Assembly (NCBI GenBank): GCA_017449935.1
Contig: JAFSYP010000066.1
Location: forward strand, 2,934-66,933
Direction: 5' to 3'
DNA length: 64,000 nucleotides
DNA from: Clostridia bacterium
GTDB taxonomy: Bacteria; Bacillota; Clostridia; Oscillospirales; Acutalibacteraceae
Shown here: positions 28,996 to 38,619 of the stretch, one piece after another
How the letters are laid out: the number at the start of each line of letters is the position of its first letter
How positions within the stretch are numbered: position 1 is the first letter of the stretch
Notes under the pieces: generated by a model
Told to the model about the DNA's origin: nothing
Databases searched by the model: none
The model's input: only the letters and a program-made list of their open reading frames with translations
Position numbers and translations under genes: made by a program

Positions 28996-29028
28996 AAAAA
29001 GCCGCCATTGGATGACTCCTTTGGCGGC
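28996..29028 (-). terminator. Intrinsic terminator (minus strand) downstream of tRNA-Ser
   Basis: GCCGCCA (29001-29007) pairs with TGGCGGC (29022-29028). On the minus strand a run of 5 T follows. Confidence 0.5.
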
Positions 29029-29124
29029 AAATCATTTATATGCAATTTCAGCAATCCGTTATATTTCAACGGTTTTCGAGTAAAATAGAAGAACGCCTAT
29101 TCTATCAAAACAGGCGTTCAGCTA

Positions 29125-29213
29125 TGGCGGAAGCGGTGGGATTCGAACCCACGAGCCCGTGAAGGCTACCTGATTTCGAGTCAGGCCCGTTATGACCACT
29201 TCGATACGCTTCC
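29125..29213 (-). tRNA. tRNA-Ser (anticodon CGA)
   Basis: I folded this 89-nt sequence by hand. The acceptor stem is GGAAGCG/CGCTTCC, the anticodon loop is CU-CGA-AA, and there is a long variable arm, a GGTTCGAATCC T-arm and an encoded CCA. Confidence 0.85.
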
Positions 29214-29290
29214 ATGTGCAAACTCCGCGCGGGGACTTGCGAATGCTATTGTAACAAACCGATATGATTTTGTCAAGAGTTTTTTGGGAT

Positions 29291-30556
29291 TCAGACGCGG
29301 ACGCCGCCCTGTGCGCGGATCTGCAGGACCATGCAGCTGCCTTTGCCGAAAACGGATTCCATCTGTGTGCGGTAGGTTTCCAGCAGCGCCTGCGGCACGA
29401 ACGCCTGGATCGTTCCGGCGAAGCCGCCGCCGTGCACGCGCCACGCGCCGCGGCCTTTGAGGAGCTTTGCGCTCAACGCGAGCGCGAGCGAAACGGGCTG
29501 GTCGGTCGGATGCTTGGAGGTATAGACGTTCTGGTTGTACATATAGGACGAATAACCGCTGTCGATCACGGTCTGCTTGAATGCCTCGAAGTCGCCGCGG
29601 CGCAGGGCGTCAACTTCCTGCTCCACGCGTTCGTTCTCGGCGAAAAAGTGCATGGCGCGGATCAGCGCGCGGTCGCTGACTTTGCTGCGTACTTGATCCA
29701 GCGCGGCATAGAAATCCTCCGGCGCCACGTCGCGCAGGACGGATCTGCCGAATACGGCGGCGACGGATTCCATCTCGCCGCGAACGGCGGCGTAATCGTC
29801 CGTCAGATCGTTGTGGCTGCCGCCGGTGTTGACGATGCACAGCGCGTGCGCGCAGGCGGCGAAGTCGAAGTCCACCTTCTCGATCACGGGCTTTGCGGGA
29901 TCTGCAAAGTCGATTGTCACAAATCCGCTCACGGAGCTGGCCATCTGATCCATCAGGCCGCAGGGCTTGCCGAAATAGACGTTCTCGGCGTACTGCGCGA
30001 TCTGTGCGATCTCCACGGGGCTGACTTTTCCGTCGTTGTACAGATAATTGAGGATCGTACCCAGCAGCACCTCATAGGCCGCGGAGCTGGACAGACCGGA
30101 CCCGGAAAGCACGTCGGACGCGACGGACGCGTCGAATGCGCCGATCCGATAGCCGCGCTGCACGAACCCCGCGCAGACGCCGCGAATCAGCGCGCCGGAA
30201 TGCCCGACCTCCTGCGGCACGAGCTCCAGCGATGCGACGTCGACGACGTTCAGACCGTGGCCGACCGACTTTTCGCGGATGACCGTGCCGGGACGTTTGG
30301 CGGCTGCGGCGACGGCGTCGAGGTTGATGCCCGCGGCCAGCACGCGGCCGTGGTTGTGGTCGGTATGGTTGCCGCCGACCTCCGTGCGTCCGGGCGCGGA
30401 GAAAAACTCCACCGGACCGTCGCCGAACTGCGCGCGGTAATTCGCGAGGATATCGGCATAGCGTTTATACTGCGCGTCCAGCTGCGGCGCGGGATACAGC
30501 GCGGGAAGCGCCTGTTCCAAATGCGCGGAAAGAACGGAGTCCGGGATACGCGTCAT
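29291..30556 (-). CDS. galK: Galactokinase
   Basis: The galactokinase signature GGNHTDHNHGRVLA and the GHMP motif GSGLSSSAA are present. I chose the ATG at 30556 as the start. Confidence 0.9.
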   Translation of the reverse strand: MTRIPDSVLSAHLEQALPALYPAPQLDAQYKRYADILANYRAQFGDGPVEFFSAPGRTEVGGNHTDHNHGRVLAAGINLDAVAAAAKRPGTVIREKSVGHGLNVVDVASLELVPQEVGHSGALIRGVCAGFVQRGYRIGAFDASVASDVLSGSGLSSSAAYEVLLGTILNYLYNDGKVSPVEIAQIAQYAENVYFGKPCGLMDQMASSVSGFVTIDFADPAKPVIEKVDFDFAACAHALCIVNTGGSHNDLTDDYAAVRGEMESVAAVFGRSVLRDVAPEDFYAALDQVRSKVSDRALIRAMHFFAENERVEQEVDALRRGDFEAFKQTVIDSGYSSYMYNQNVYTSKHPTDQPVSLALALSAKLLKGRGAWRVHGGGFAGTIQAFVPQALLETYRTQMESVFGKGSCMVLQIRAQGGVRV

Positions 30557-30563
30557 AATATGT

Positions 30564-31325
30564 TCAACCTTTCTTGTCATTTTTGGAATTGCGCGGCAGA
30601 CTGTCCAGTACATAATGCAGACCGATCAGCACGCAGCCGGAAAAGAAGCTGAACATAATGATCGGCAGCAGGAACGATGCGGACAGGGGATTGAAGACGT
30701 TGCGTCCGATGATCGTATAGGACAGGATCTTGAACATGAACCCGCCCAGGGAAATAAAGATATAATCCCGGTAGCGGAAATGCATCGCGCCGTACAGCCG
30801 GCTGATGCTGTTGACCGGGAACGCCGGGATCAGGCGGAATACGAACAGCAGATACGGATTTCCCGTGCCCTTGCGTTCGAGCAGGCTGTTCACAATCTCG
30901 CTCTGCCGCACGAGACGGATCGCGCCGCCGCAGCCGAGCTTCCAGCCCCAGAAATAGCGGATTGTCATCAGCCACGCCACGCCCGCTATGTTGACGATCA
31001 GTGCAAAATACCACGGCAGCACCATGCCGGAGATCAGGCAGATCGCAGGGATCGTGATCGGCGGGAACACGCTTTTCAGCGTGAACAGCAGCATCACCAT
31101 CAGGACGATCAGCCCTTTGTTTCCCATCGCCGCGACGCGTTCTTCCAGCATCACGAGCTGCTGCTGCCAGGTCTCGTACCAGCGGTTCAGCTCCTCGATC
31201 TGCATTACCGCCAGCAAACAGCACAGGACGCCGGCCAATACGAGAAGAAGCGTGCCGGCAAACTTGAGCCATATTTTTTTGTCTGCTCTGTGCAAGCCGC
31301 ACACTCCCCCCAAAAAATATATCAA
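30564..31325 (-). CDS. TVP38/TMEM64 (DedA-like) family membrane protein
   Basis: It is a multi-pass membrane protein with a ...FRLIPAFPVNSIS... VTT-like segment. The start codon is uncertain. Confidence 0.7.
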   Translation of the reverse strand: MIYFLGGVCGLHRADKKIWLKFAGTLLLVLAGVLCCLLAVMQIEELNRWYETWQQQLVMLEERVAAMGNKGLIVLMVMLLFTLKSVFPPITIPAICLISGMVLPWYFALIVNIAGVAWLMTIRYFWGWKLGCGGAIRLVRQSEIVNSLLERKGTGNPYLLFVFRLIPAFPVNSISRLYGAMHFRYRDYIFISLGGFMFKILSYTIIGRNVFNPLSASFLLPIIMFSFFSGCVLIGLHYVLDSLPRNSKNDKKG

Positions 31326-31510
31326 TATATTCTACCTTATTTTTCCGTTCAGGTCAACAGTTTTTCAAAAAGATTTTGATGTGTTCCGCAAAAGAACGTT
31401 CGGCACGGATCGGCATATTTTGCGTGCGGGGGCGTAAAACGGCACAAAACCCTGTACATCATCCGAAAAACCTGTTATAATGAACATGAAACGCAAAACG
31501 AGCGGAGAGG

Positions 31511-32182
31511 GTGTCGACCGTGTCGAAACAAAACAAAGAAAACGTCGGCGGCAGAGTCGTGCGCGGCGTCGACGGGAAGTACCGCTGGGCATATGAGGTG
31601 AATCTGCTGAAGAACCCGATGCTGTACTTTCTGGTCTGGAAGATCCTGTTTTTTATTCTGGTCGGGATATTCGCCGTGCTGACGCTTATCGACGCCGTCG
31701 AATGGCGCGGCAGCAGTCTGTTTGCGGAGAGAATGCTGGGAGATCTGCGCTTTTTCGGATACTTTGTCGTCGGCATGACGGCGCTGTCGGCGATGGGGTA
31801 TCTGCTCTATGCCGCATTCATGGGCGGAAAGTATATCGCTGAGTTTGAGATGGACGATGAAGGCGTTCTGCACAGTCAAAATGCGGCGCAGGCGAAGAAG
31901 GTGAAAAAGATCGGCGCCGCGACGGCCGTCCTCGGCACTCTGGCCGGCAGGGTGAGCACGGTCGGTGTCGGACTGAACGCGCAGAGAACGCAGATGTATA
32001 CCGAGTTCTCCCGCGTGCGCAAGGTCAAGGCATATCCCGCGCGAGATCTGATCAAGGTCAACGAGCGGTTCGGGCACAACCAGGTCTATGCCGCGCCGGA
32101 GGATTTCGCGTTCGTCCGGGATCATATCCTTTCCCGCTGCAGGAACGTCAAGCGTCGCGCCGACGACGGCGCCGCCGAATAA
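31511..32182 (+). CDS. Hypothetical membrane protein (223 aa)
   Basis: It has a GTG start, two central hydrophobic helices and no named domain. Confidence 0.6.
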   Translation: MSTVSKQNKENVGGRVVRGVDGKYRWAYEVNLLKNPMLYFLVWKILFFILVGIFAVLTLIDAVEWRGSSLFAERMLGDLRFFGYFVVGMTALSAMGYLLYAAFMGGKYIAEFEMDDEGVLHSQNAAQAKKVKKIGAATAVLGTLAGRVSTVGVGLNAQRTQMYTEFSRVRKVKAYPARDLIKVNERFGHNQVYAAPEDFAFVRDHILSRCRNVKRRADDGAAE

Positions 32183-32244
32183 CCGTAAAGCAAAACCGCG
32201 CCTCGGACCCGAAAGGATCTTCGGCGCGGCTTTTTTGGCGCAGA

Positions 32245-33129
32245 TCAGCCGACGGCGTCATAGACGCGCACATAGTCCACGAGGAATTCCGCACAGAAGG
32301 AATCGCGGTCGTTGCGCTCCATATGTCCGGACCAGCCGAACGTCGGCGTTGCGGCGGCGCCGTCCACCTCGCACGAGAGGATCAAATATTCCGGCTCCTG
32401 CGAGACGCCGCCGTATGCCGTCCGGCCGACCTCACGGCCGTTGACGTAAAAGACATAGGCGTCCGGCGTCCACAGCAGGCCGTATGTATTGTAGTTTTCA
32501 TAGGGGTCGTTGTCCAGCTTGGAAATGACGACGTTTTTATACTTCGTCTGCAGATCATACCCGTTGTAATGGATGTTGCTGGTGACGAGACGGGAGGTCT
32601 TTCCCGGCAGGAAATAGTACGGCGACTCGAATACGTCCAGCTCCGCGCCGTACGCGCCGGTACCGCTGACATTGTTCACGTTGGAATTCATCAGCCAGAA
32701 CGCGCTCCACATGCCCTGTCCTTTCGGCAGGATACATCGGCACTCATAGTAGCCGAACTTGTGCTCATACAGGTGCTGCGTGGCGATCCCGCAGGTATAC
32801 CAGCCGCTGCCGAATTTGCCGTCTTCTTTGTACTCTGTGAGGATGACCAGATTGCCGTCGCGCACGGACGCCTGATCCATCGACCAGTAGCCGCCTTTGC
32901 GCACGCCCTCAAAATTGTGAACGCGCCACACATTGCCGTTCAGCGTGTCGCCGTCGAATTCATCGGAGAACACCAGCTTGTAATTCTGAAGGTCGATCGG
33001 TTCTTTTTTCATGTTGACGGGTCGCACGTTGACAATCAGCAGCAGCGCGCTCACGAACGCGGTCAGCCAGTTGGCCAGCCGTCCGAGCGTCAGATCGTGG
33101 AACACGCTGTCGATTTTCAGCTTTTTCAT
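32245..33129 (-). CDS. GH16 glycoside hydrolase (beta-glucanase/laminarinase-like), membrane-anchored
   Basis: The GH16 catalytic motif ELDVFE and GMWSAFWL are present, with an N-terminal signal-anchor helix. Confidence 0.85.
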   Translation of the reverse strand: MKKLKIDSVFHDLTLGRLANWLTAFVSALLLIVNVRPVNMKKEPIDLQNYKLVFSDEFDGDTLNGNVWRVHNFEGVRKGGYWSMDQASVRDGNLVILTEYKEDGKFGSGWYTCGIATQHLYEHKFGYYECRCILPKGQGMWSAFWLMNSNVNNVSGTGAYGAELDVFESPYYFLPGKTSRLVTSNIHYNGYDLQTKYKNVVISKLDNDPYENYNTYGLLWTPDAYVFYVNGREVGRTAYGGVSQEPEYLILSCEVDGAAATPTFGWSGHMERNDRDSFCAEFLVDYVRVYDAVG

Positions 33130-33326
33130 CGGGAAACTCCATCCTTTCTCTTCTGCTGCCTATCATTATACCCCGTTCTTTTCCGGATTGCAAGAGGCAG
33201 ACGCCGCGCGGCTTCCGAACCGCGATGCAAGAAAGAAGATTTCCCTTGATTTATCGGCGTTTGTTTGATATAATCAAATCAGAAAAAACAGCCCGGATTA
33301 AAACGAACCGATCGAAAAAGGAGGAT

Positions 33327-33872
33327 ATGACCATGAAAATGAAACAATTCTTTTCCGTCATAACGACGGTCTGCATCCTGCTGTGCTGCCTGACGGCGCC
33401 GTCTTCGGCCGCATCCGGCGGCGGTGTGATCGCGCTTCGGCTGCACAGCGACGTGGCCGGATACAGTTCGGCGGATACGGAAAAAATCCTGGAGATCCTG
33501 TCGCCGCAGGTGAAGTACATCGACGTCGGAAACGCCGAACCGGTTTCCGTGGCAAATTACGCCGGATTTCCCGAGACCGGGCAGCTGACGGCCGGCCGGC
33601 AGTATGCGGTCACCTGTCTGCTGGTCGCCGCGGACGGTTATTCTCTGCCGGAGTCTCTCAAGGACGGCGACGTTTCTTATGAATGCGGCAAGGGCGTCAA
33701 GGTGTTGCGGACCGACGTGGTCAAAATGCGCTTTTCCGCGGACGGCGTGCAGGAGGATGTGCAGGTGCTGCGGATCGTTGCCACGGTGGTCGCGGACGGC
33801 AGCTTGTTCCAGCGGATCATCGGCTGGGTATCTGACATTATCCTGAAGATCCGCACATGGCAGTTGTACTGA
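33327..33872 (+). CDS. Small secreted hypothetical protein
   Basis: The ORF follows GGAGGA. The start is the ATG at 33327 or 33333. A signal peptide ends ...APSSAASGG, and the protein ends in a Trp-rich C-terminal tail. Confidence 0.6.
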   Translation: MTMKMKQFFSVITTVCILLCCLTAPSSAASGGGVIALRLHSDVAGYSSADTEKILEILSPQVKYIDVGNAEPVSVANYAGFPETGQLTAGRQYAVTCLLVAADGYSLPESLKDGDVSYECGKGVKVLRTDVVKMRFSADGVQEDVQVLRIVATVVADGSLFQRIIGWVSDIILKIRTWQLY

Positions 33873-34001
33873 TACGCGTTGTTTTGTAACGGAAGAAGGG
33901 CGGCTCCGAACGAGCTTGCCCTTCTTTTCTTTTGCCACGGACAGTCCCGCACGGCCCGTCCCGCAGCATATACTGTGCCAATACGGTTGGGAGGGTTCGC
34001 T

Positions 34002-34673
34002 ATGTTGGAAAAGCTGTTTTCGGGTTTTTTGTTTTTTGTACTGCACCTGAACGTGTCCGGATCGTTTCCGCCGCCGCTGTCCGCCGCGCAGGAGGCCGAG
34101 TGCCTGCGGGCGATGGCGCAGGGCGACGCGAAAGCGCGCGATATGCTCATCGAACACAATCTGCGCCTTGTCGCGCACATCATCAAAAAGTATTATGCGT
34201 CCTGCGACGATCAGGACGATCTGATCTCCATCGGCACGATCGGGCTGATCAAAGCCGTCAATACCTTTGACCCAAAAAAAGGCGCGCGGCTTGCAACGTA
34301 TGCCGCGCGCTGTATCGAAAACGAAATACTGATGTTTTTCCGCGCGCAAAAAAAGAGCGCGCAGGACGTGTCGATCCAGGACCCGATCGACGTGGACGGG
34401 GAGGGGAATCCGCTGACGCTGATGGATATTCTGTCCTGCGAGGACACGATCGCGGACGATCTGGATATCCGCGTGCGTTCGGAGAAGCTGCACGAACTGC
34501 TGCGGGATATGCCGGAAAGCCGGGAGAAGACCATTCTGATCCTGCGCTACGGGCTGTACGGCAACGAGGCGCATACACAGCGCATGGCTGCCGCCAAGCT
34601 CGGCATTTCCCGCTCCTACGTTTCGCGGCTGGAAAAAAAGGCGCTGACTTCGCTGCGCCGAAAGCTGCGGTGA
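34002..34673 (+). CDS. sigK: Sporulation sigma factor SigK (pro-sigma-K), uninterrupted
   Basis: MLIEHNLRLVAHI and ATYAARCIENEILM match SigK rather than SigE. An N-terminal hydrophobic pro-sequence comes before PPPLS. The start at 34002 follows GGGAGGG. Confidence 0.9.
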   Translation: MLEKLFSGFLFFVLHLNVSGSFPPPLSAAQEAECLRAMAQGDAKARDMLIEHNLRLVAHIIKKYYASCDDQDDLISIGTIGLIKAVNTFDPKKGARLATYAARCIENEILMFFRAQKKSAQDVSIQDPIDVDGEGNPLTLMDILSCEDTIADDLDIRVRSEKLHELLRDMPESREKTILILRYGLYGNEAHTQRMAAAKLGISRSYVSRLEKKALTSLRRKLR

Positions 34674-34677
34674 TGCT

Positions 34678-35328
34678 TCAGCTCTGCCGCAGCAGCTTCC
34701 ACGGGTCGACGGATCGGCCGTCCTGCGTGATCTCCAGATGCAGATGAGGACCGTCTTTGCTCTCGATGGGGATCTCGCCGAGCTTGCCGATGACGACGCC
34801 CTTTTCTACCTGCGTGTCCGGCTCGGGCGTGCTGCCCTTTTCAAGACCGCAGTATTTGGCCGTGACGCCGCTGCCGTGGTCGATGGTCAGCACGACGCCC
34901 CACAGCGTGTCCTCACGCACGTCCGTGACGACGCCGTCTGCAATCGCCAGCACGGACTGTCCGCGGTTATCGCCGAAGTCTACGCCCGTATGCACGCGCC
35001 AATCGCGCATGGTGTTGGAATACACGACCGCGTCGGCGGAGTAGTCCTTGACGATGAAATCGCCCAGGGGCAGCATATACGCTGCGGGCGGTTCAGTTTC
35101 AAGCTCGGTCGTTTCCGCTTCCGGCTCGCTGTACGGCACGCCGGTCACCGGGATGTTTGCCGGGGCGTACTGCGTCGTTTGCGCCGCCTGCGTCCCGCTT
35201 TGGTCGGGGAGCCGGTCGATCTGCTCGTCCTTGCGCGCCGTCCCCCATGCGCCGACGGCCGCCGCCAGCAGACAGAGGATCATCACGCCGTAGGTCGCCG
35301 CGCTTTTCCGCTTCTTCATTTCCTTCAT
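34678..35328 (-). CDS. M23 (LytM) metallopeptidase with an N-terminal membrane anchor; possible SpoIIQ
   Basis: HTGVDF and GPHLHLE zinc-ligand motifs are present, with a single N-terminal transmembrane helix (216 aa). The gene lies among sigK and spoIIID and has a forespore-type promoter candidate upstream. Confidence 0.8.
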   Translation of the reverse strand: MKEMKKRKSAATYGVMILCLLAAAVGAWGTARKDEQIDRLPDQSGTQAAQTTQYAPANIPVTGVPYSEPEAETTELETEPPAAYMLPLGDFIVKDYSADAVVYSNTMRDWRVHTGVDFGDNRGQSVLAIADGVVTDVREDTLWGVVLTIDHGSGVTAKYCGLEKGSTPEPDTQVEKGVVIGKLGEIPIESKDGPHLHLEITQDGRSVDPWKLLRQS

Positions 35329-35360
35329 GTTCCGTTACCGTCCTTTTTTCAGTTTGCTGT

Positions 35361-35391
35361 CAGTTTGCCCGTTGGCCGCCGGTTTTATTCA
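35361..35391 (-). promoter_or_regulatory. Sigma-F/G-like promoter candidate for the M23 gene
   Basis: On the minus strand the sequence reads TGAATA-N15-GGGCAAACTG. The -10 fits the GGnnAnAHTR pattern as I recall it from Bacillus forespore promoters. Confidence 0.35.
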
Positions 35392-35450
35392 TAAGCCGCC
35401 TTGCACTTTCGGCGAAAGTGTGGTACTCTGAAAGAAAGGAGGGGGGTACC

Positions 35451-37088
35451 ATGCTTCGTTTGCGTGCGCTGTTGTGTGCGGCGCTGCTGGTCACAATGCT
35501 GTTCTGCGGACCGTCGCGCGCGGTATTCACGGTCGACGGCTCACGTCCCGGCGCGCCGATCTCCAACAAGGTCAGCAACGTCAACGTCTGGGATATGGGG
35601 ACGCGGTTCGCGGACGCGCAAAGACAGGCGGACAACGACGTGTTCGAGTTTGTTGAATACGTTCAGCTTATGCAGTGCTCCGGCGGCACGCTCAACCGCG
35701 ATCTGTTCGTTGATCCGCAGGACGATACCGTAACGGACGATTACGACTTTTCGCGCCTTGTCGAAAACTGCCGCGGCATTCTGGCGCTGGGCGCGAAGCC
35801 GATGCTCAAGCTCGGCAGCGTTCCGCTTAAATATTCCGACGATCCCGTTCTCGGCAATTTCGGGATGAACGTCCGTCCGCCGCGGGACTACGCCGTGTAT
35901 TACGACTATATCTACGCGCTCGCAGACACGCTGGTGCGGGCGTTCGGCCGGGAGGAAGTGCTGACCTGGCGGTTCGGTGTGATGACCGAATTTGAAAACG
36001 ACGAGTGGTTTTACGTCGGCGACCGCGACGCCGAGGCGTCTATGCTGGCGTACTGCAAGCTGTACGACTACACGGTGCAGGCGCTGATCGACGCGGTCGG
36101 CGCGGACGTATTTGTCGGCGCGCACGCCATGGCGGTGACCGAGGGACTGTGGGACGAGGCGCAGTTTATCCGCCACGTCGCGCAGGAGCGCAACTTTGCG
36201 ACCGGCCAAACGGGAACGCGCATCTGTTATCTCAGCGCGTCGTTTTATGACTATGCGCCCGGCAGGTTCACCAAAGGCATGACGCTGCCGCAGACGATCG
36301 CGTCGCTGCGCGATACGGCGAAGCGGTACGGCCTCGACGACCTGATCTACGGCGTGGACGAGGGACGGATCTTGACGGCGTCTCCCGGCAGCGAGAGCAA
36401 CGCGCTCGCGTCGCGCACCGTCGGACATACGTGGCAGGCGGCGTATGACGCGCGGCTCTGGACGCAGACCATCCGCAGCGATATTGATTATTATTCCTCC
36501 TGGGGGTATCTGTCCGGCGGATTGACGGGCTATCCGACCGTGAGTTACCACGTGGCGAACGCCGTGCACCGCATGGCGGGGGAGAACCGGCTCGATACGG
36601 CGTCCGTGACGTCGCCTCTGGCGAAGCTGTTGGGGATCGAAATCGACGGCGCGGCAAGCTTTGACGCGCAGACGAAAACCGCGCATGTGCTGCTGTATAA
36701 TTTCCGCAACAAGTTGACATATTCGAGGAAGGCCGACGTTACGATCCGTCTGAACCTGCCGGAATTGGCGGGCAAAGCGGTCACGCTGCGCGAGTGGCGC
36801 ATAAACGACGACTGCAATTACTTTGACGAATGGCAGCAGGACCGCAAGACGTTCGGCGTCACGGACGACTGCTTCGCCTGGTCGCCGGACGATCCGTGTC
36901 TGGACTATTCGACGACGCTGCAGAATGCGCAGGCGCGTGCGCTGTACTATGAAAAGCTGCGTGAGAAGTACGCCGCCTGTGCCGTTCTGACGCCGACGGA
37001 CGGTGAAGCGCAGGTTTCCCCGGACGGCAGTCTGACGCTGCGCCGGACGCTCGACGCGAGCGGCGTGCTGCTGATCGAGCTCCGATAA
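35451..37088 (+). CDS. Secreted glycoside-hydrolase-like protein (TIM-barrel, GH39-like; family uncertain)
   Basis: The ATG at 35451 follows AAGGAGGGGGG. A signal peptide is present. The segment ...WRFGVMTEFENDEWF resembles the clan GH-A acid/base region. Confidence 0.7.
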   Translation: MLRLRALLCAALLVTMLFCGPSRAVFTVDGSRPGAPISNKVSNVNVWDMGTRFADAQRQADNDVFEFVEYVQLMQCSGGTLNRDLFVDPQDDTVTDDYDFSRLVENCRGILALGAKPMLKLGSVPLKYSDDPVLGNFGMNVRPPRDYAVYYDYIYALADTLVRAFGREEVLTWRFGVMTEFENDEWFYVGDRDAEASMLAYCKLYDYTVQALIDAVGADVFVGAHAMAVTEGLWDEAQFIRHVAQERNFATGQTGTRICYLSASFYDYAPGRFTKGMTLPQTIASLRDTAKRYGLDDLIYGVDEGRILTASPGSESNALASRTVGHTWQAAYDARLWTQTIRSDIDYYSSWGYLSGGLTGYPTVSYHVANAVHRMAGENRLDTASVTSPLAKLLGIEIDGAASFDAQTKTAHVLLYNFRNKLTYSRKADVTIRLNLPELAGKAVTLREWRINDDCNYFDEWQQDRKTFGVTDDCFAWSPDDPCLDYSTTLQNAQARALYYEKLREKYAACAVLTPTDGEAQVSPDGSLTLRRTLDASGVLLIELR

Positions 37089-37119
37089 GACGCCGCAGAT
37101 CAAAACAGTGCTTTCCGTA

Positions 37120-37148
37120 GCATAAATATTCCTCTGTCCGCATACGAT
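37120..37148 (+). promoter_or_regulatory. Sigma-E-like promoter candidate for spoIIID
   Basis: GCATAAA-N14-CATACGAT compares with the recalled Bacillus sigma-E pattern kmATATT-N14-CATACAhT. Confidence 0.4.
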
Positions 37149-37176
37149 GTCAATGACACGATAGGAGGCGGACAGA

Positions 37177-37467
37177 GTGAAAGGAATCGTAGAGGAACGC
37201 GCCGTGGAACTCGGCGAATACATTGTGGAAAACCAGACGACCGTGCGCGAAGCGGCCAAAAAATTCGGCGTGAGCAAATCCACGGTACATACGGATGTTT
37301 CCCGGCGGCTTTGCAAGCTCAATCCCGGTCTGTACCACGAGGTGCGCGAGGTGCTGGACGTCAACAAGGCGCAGAGGCATATCCGCGGCGGCATCGCCAC
37401 GCGGGAAAAGTACCGCGCCAAGGACATGACGCGGGACGGCGTGCTCGCCGCGGAACGGCATATTTAA
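37177..37467 (+). CDS. spoIIID: Sporulation transcriptional regulator SpoIIID
   Basis: GEYIVENQTTVREAAKKFGVSKSTVHTDV closely resembles B. subtilis SpoIIID. The ORF has a GTG start after GGAGG. Confidence 0.9.
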   Translation: MKGIVEERAVELGEYIVENQTTVREAAKKFGVSKSTVHTDVSRRLCKLNPGLYHEVREVLDVNKAQRHIRGGIATREKYRAKDMTRDGVLAAERHI

Positions 37468-37543
37468 TTGTTCATAAAAGACGGCTTGAAGTTTTTGTCG
37501 AAAGATGGTATACTGTTCCCGATATCTGATCGGAGGAATCTGT

Positions 37544-38545
37544 ATGCCTTCCAGAAAGAAGAAAAAGAAAAACCGTTTATCTGCCGTTTTGCTGGTCGCG
37601 GTTACGGTCGTGATCGTTGTCGTAGGGCTTGTCACCGTCCGCGACCGCAGACAGCGTTTAGAGTCGGAAAAGACCGCTTTTGCCACGTCCGAAACGCAGA
37701 CGCCCACCGATCCCCTCGGAAAGTTTCCGGATTTCCCGGTCGGCAAGACGCCGGACAGCTGGGCGTCGGACGGAACGGATCTGGCCGAACCGGATCCGTC
37801 TGCCGCGGGACAGGCTTCGACGGCATCGGCTTCGACAGCGCCGGCCCCGACCGTGTCCGCCGATCCGACCGCCACGGTCCCGAACACATCCTCGACGACT
37901 ATGACGAACCAGACTGTGCATAACTATTCCGAAGGCGCGGAGTACGCCTATGCCTACGCCGGTTTTATGCCGCGACAGGCCGACCTGAACATTTCCGAGT
38001 GGAATCTGCTGCTGGTCAACCGCAACTATATCCTTCCGCAGGATTATTCGCCGCAGCTGGCGGAGGCGGTCAGCGGCAGCGGCGTGGAGCTGGACGCGCG
38101 CGCCGCGCCGGAATATCAGCGCATGTTTGACGCGGCCAGGAACGACGGCATCACGCTCACACCGTTGTCCGGCTACCGCCGGATCTCCACGCAGAAGACC
38201 AACTTCGAGAACAAGATTCAGTATTACATGGATCAGGGATACGACAAGGCGGAAGCCACGCGCAAGGCGGCGACGATCATCCTCCCGCCCGGAACGAGCG
38301 AACACAATGCGGGGCTCGCGATGGACATCATTTCGCTGGACGTGGACTTTGAGGAGACCGAGGCGTTCGCCTGGCTTCAGGAACACGCGCAGGACTACGG
38401 CTTTATTCTGCGTTACCCGAAAAACAAGGAATCAATCACCCAGATCACCTATGAGCCGTGGCATTGGCGATACGTCGGCAAAAAGCACGCGCAGGCGATC
38501 AAACGCAGCGGCAAAAGCCTGGAGGAATACCTCGGCAAGCTGTAA
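37544..38545 (+). CDS. D-alanyl-D-alanine carboxypeptidase family protein (VanY/M15B), membrane-anchored
   Basis: SEHNAGLAMDI and EPWHWRYVG motifs are present, with an N-terminal Lys-rich segment and a transmembrane helix. The start at 37544 follows GGAGG. Confidence 0.85.
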   Translation: MPSRKKKKKNRLSAVLLVAVTVVIVVVGLVTVRDRRQRLESEKTAFATSETQTPTDPLGKFPDFPVGKTPDSWASDGTDLAEPDPSAAGQASTASASTAPAPTVSADPTATVPNTSSTTMTNQTVHNYSEGAEYAYAYAGFMPRQADLNISEWNLLLVNRNYILPQDYSPQLAEAVSGSGVELDARAAPEYQRMFDAARNDGITLTPLSGYRRISTQKTNFENKIQYYMDQGYDKAEATRKAATIILPPGTSEHNAGLAMDIISLDVDFEETEAFAWLQEHAQDYGFILRYPKNKESITQITYEPWHWRYVGKKHAQAIKRSGKSLEEYLGKL

Positions 38546-38619
38546 AACCGGCATGGAGCAAACGACAGGATCTGTATTGAACTGCTTTCGGCAGGGACGT
38601 TATTTCAGGAGGGAACAAC

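Noticed and set aside
33946-33974. Sigma-E/K-type promoter upstream of sigK (CATATACT at 33967-33974).
   Set aside because: The -10 is a reasonable match, but no acceptable -35 lies at the expected spacing. The evidence is too weak to annotate as a feature.
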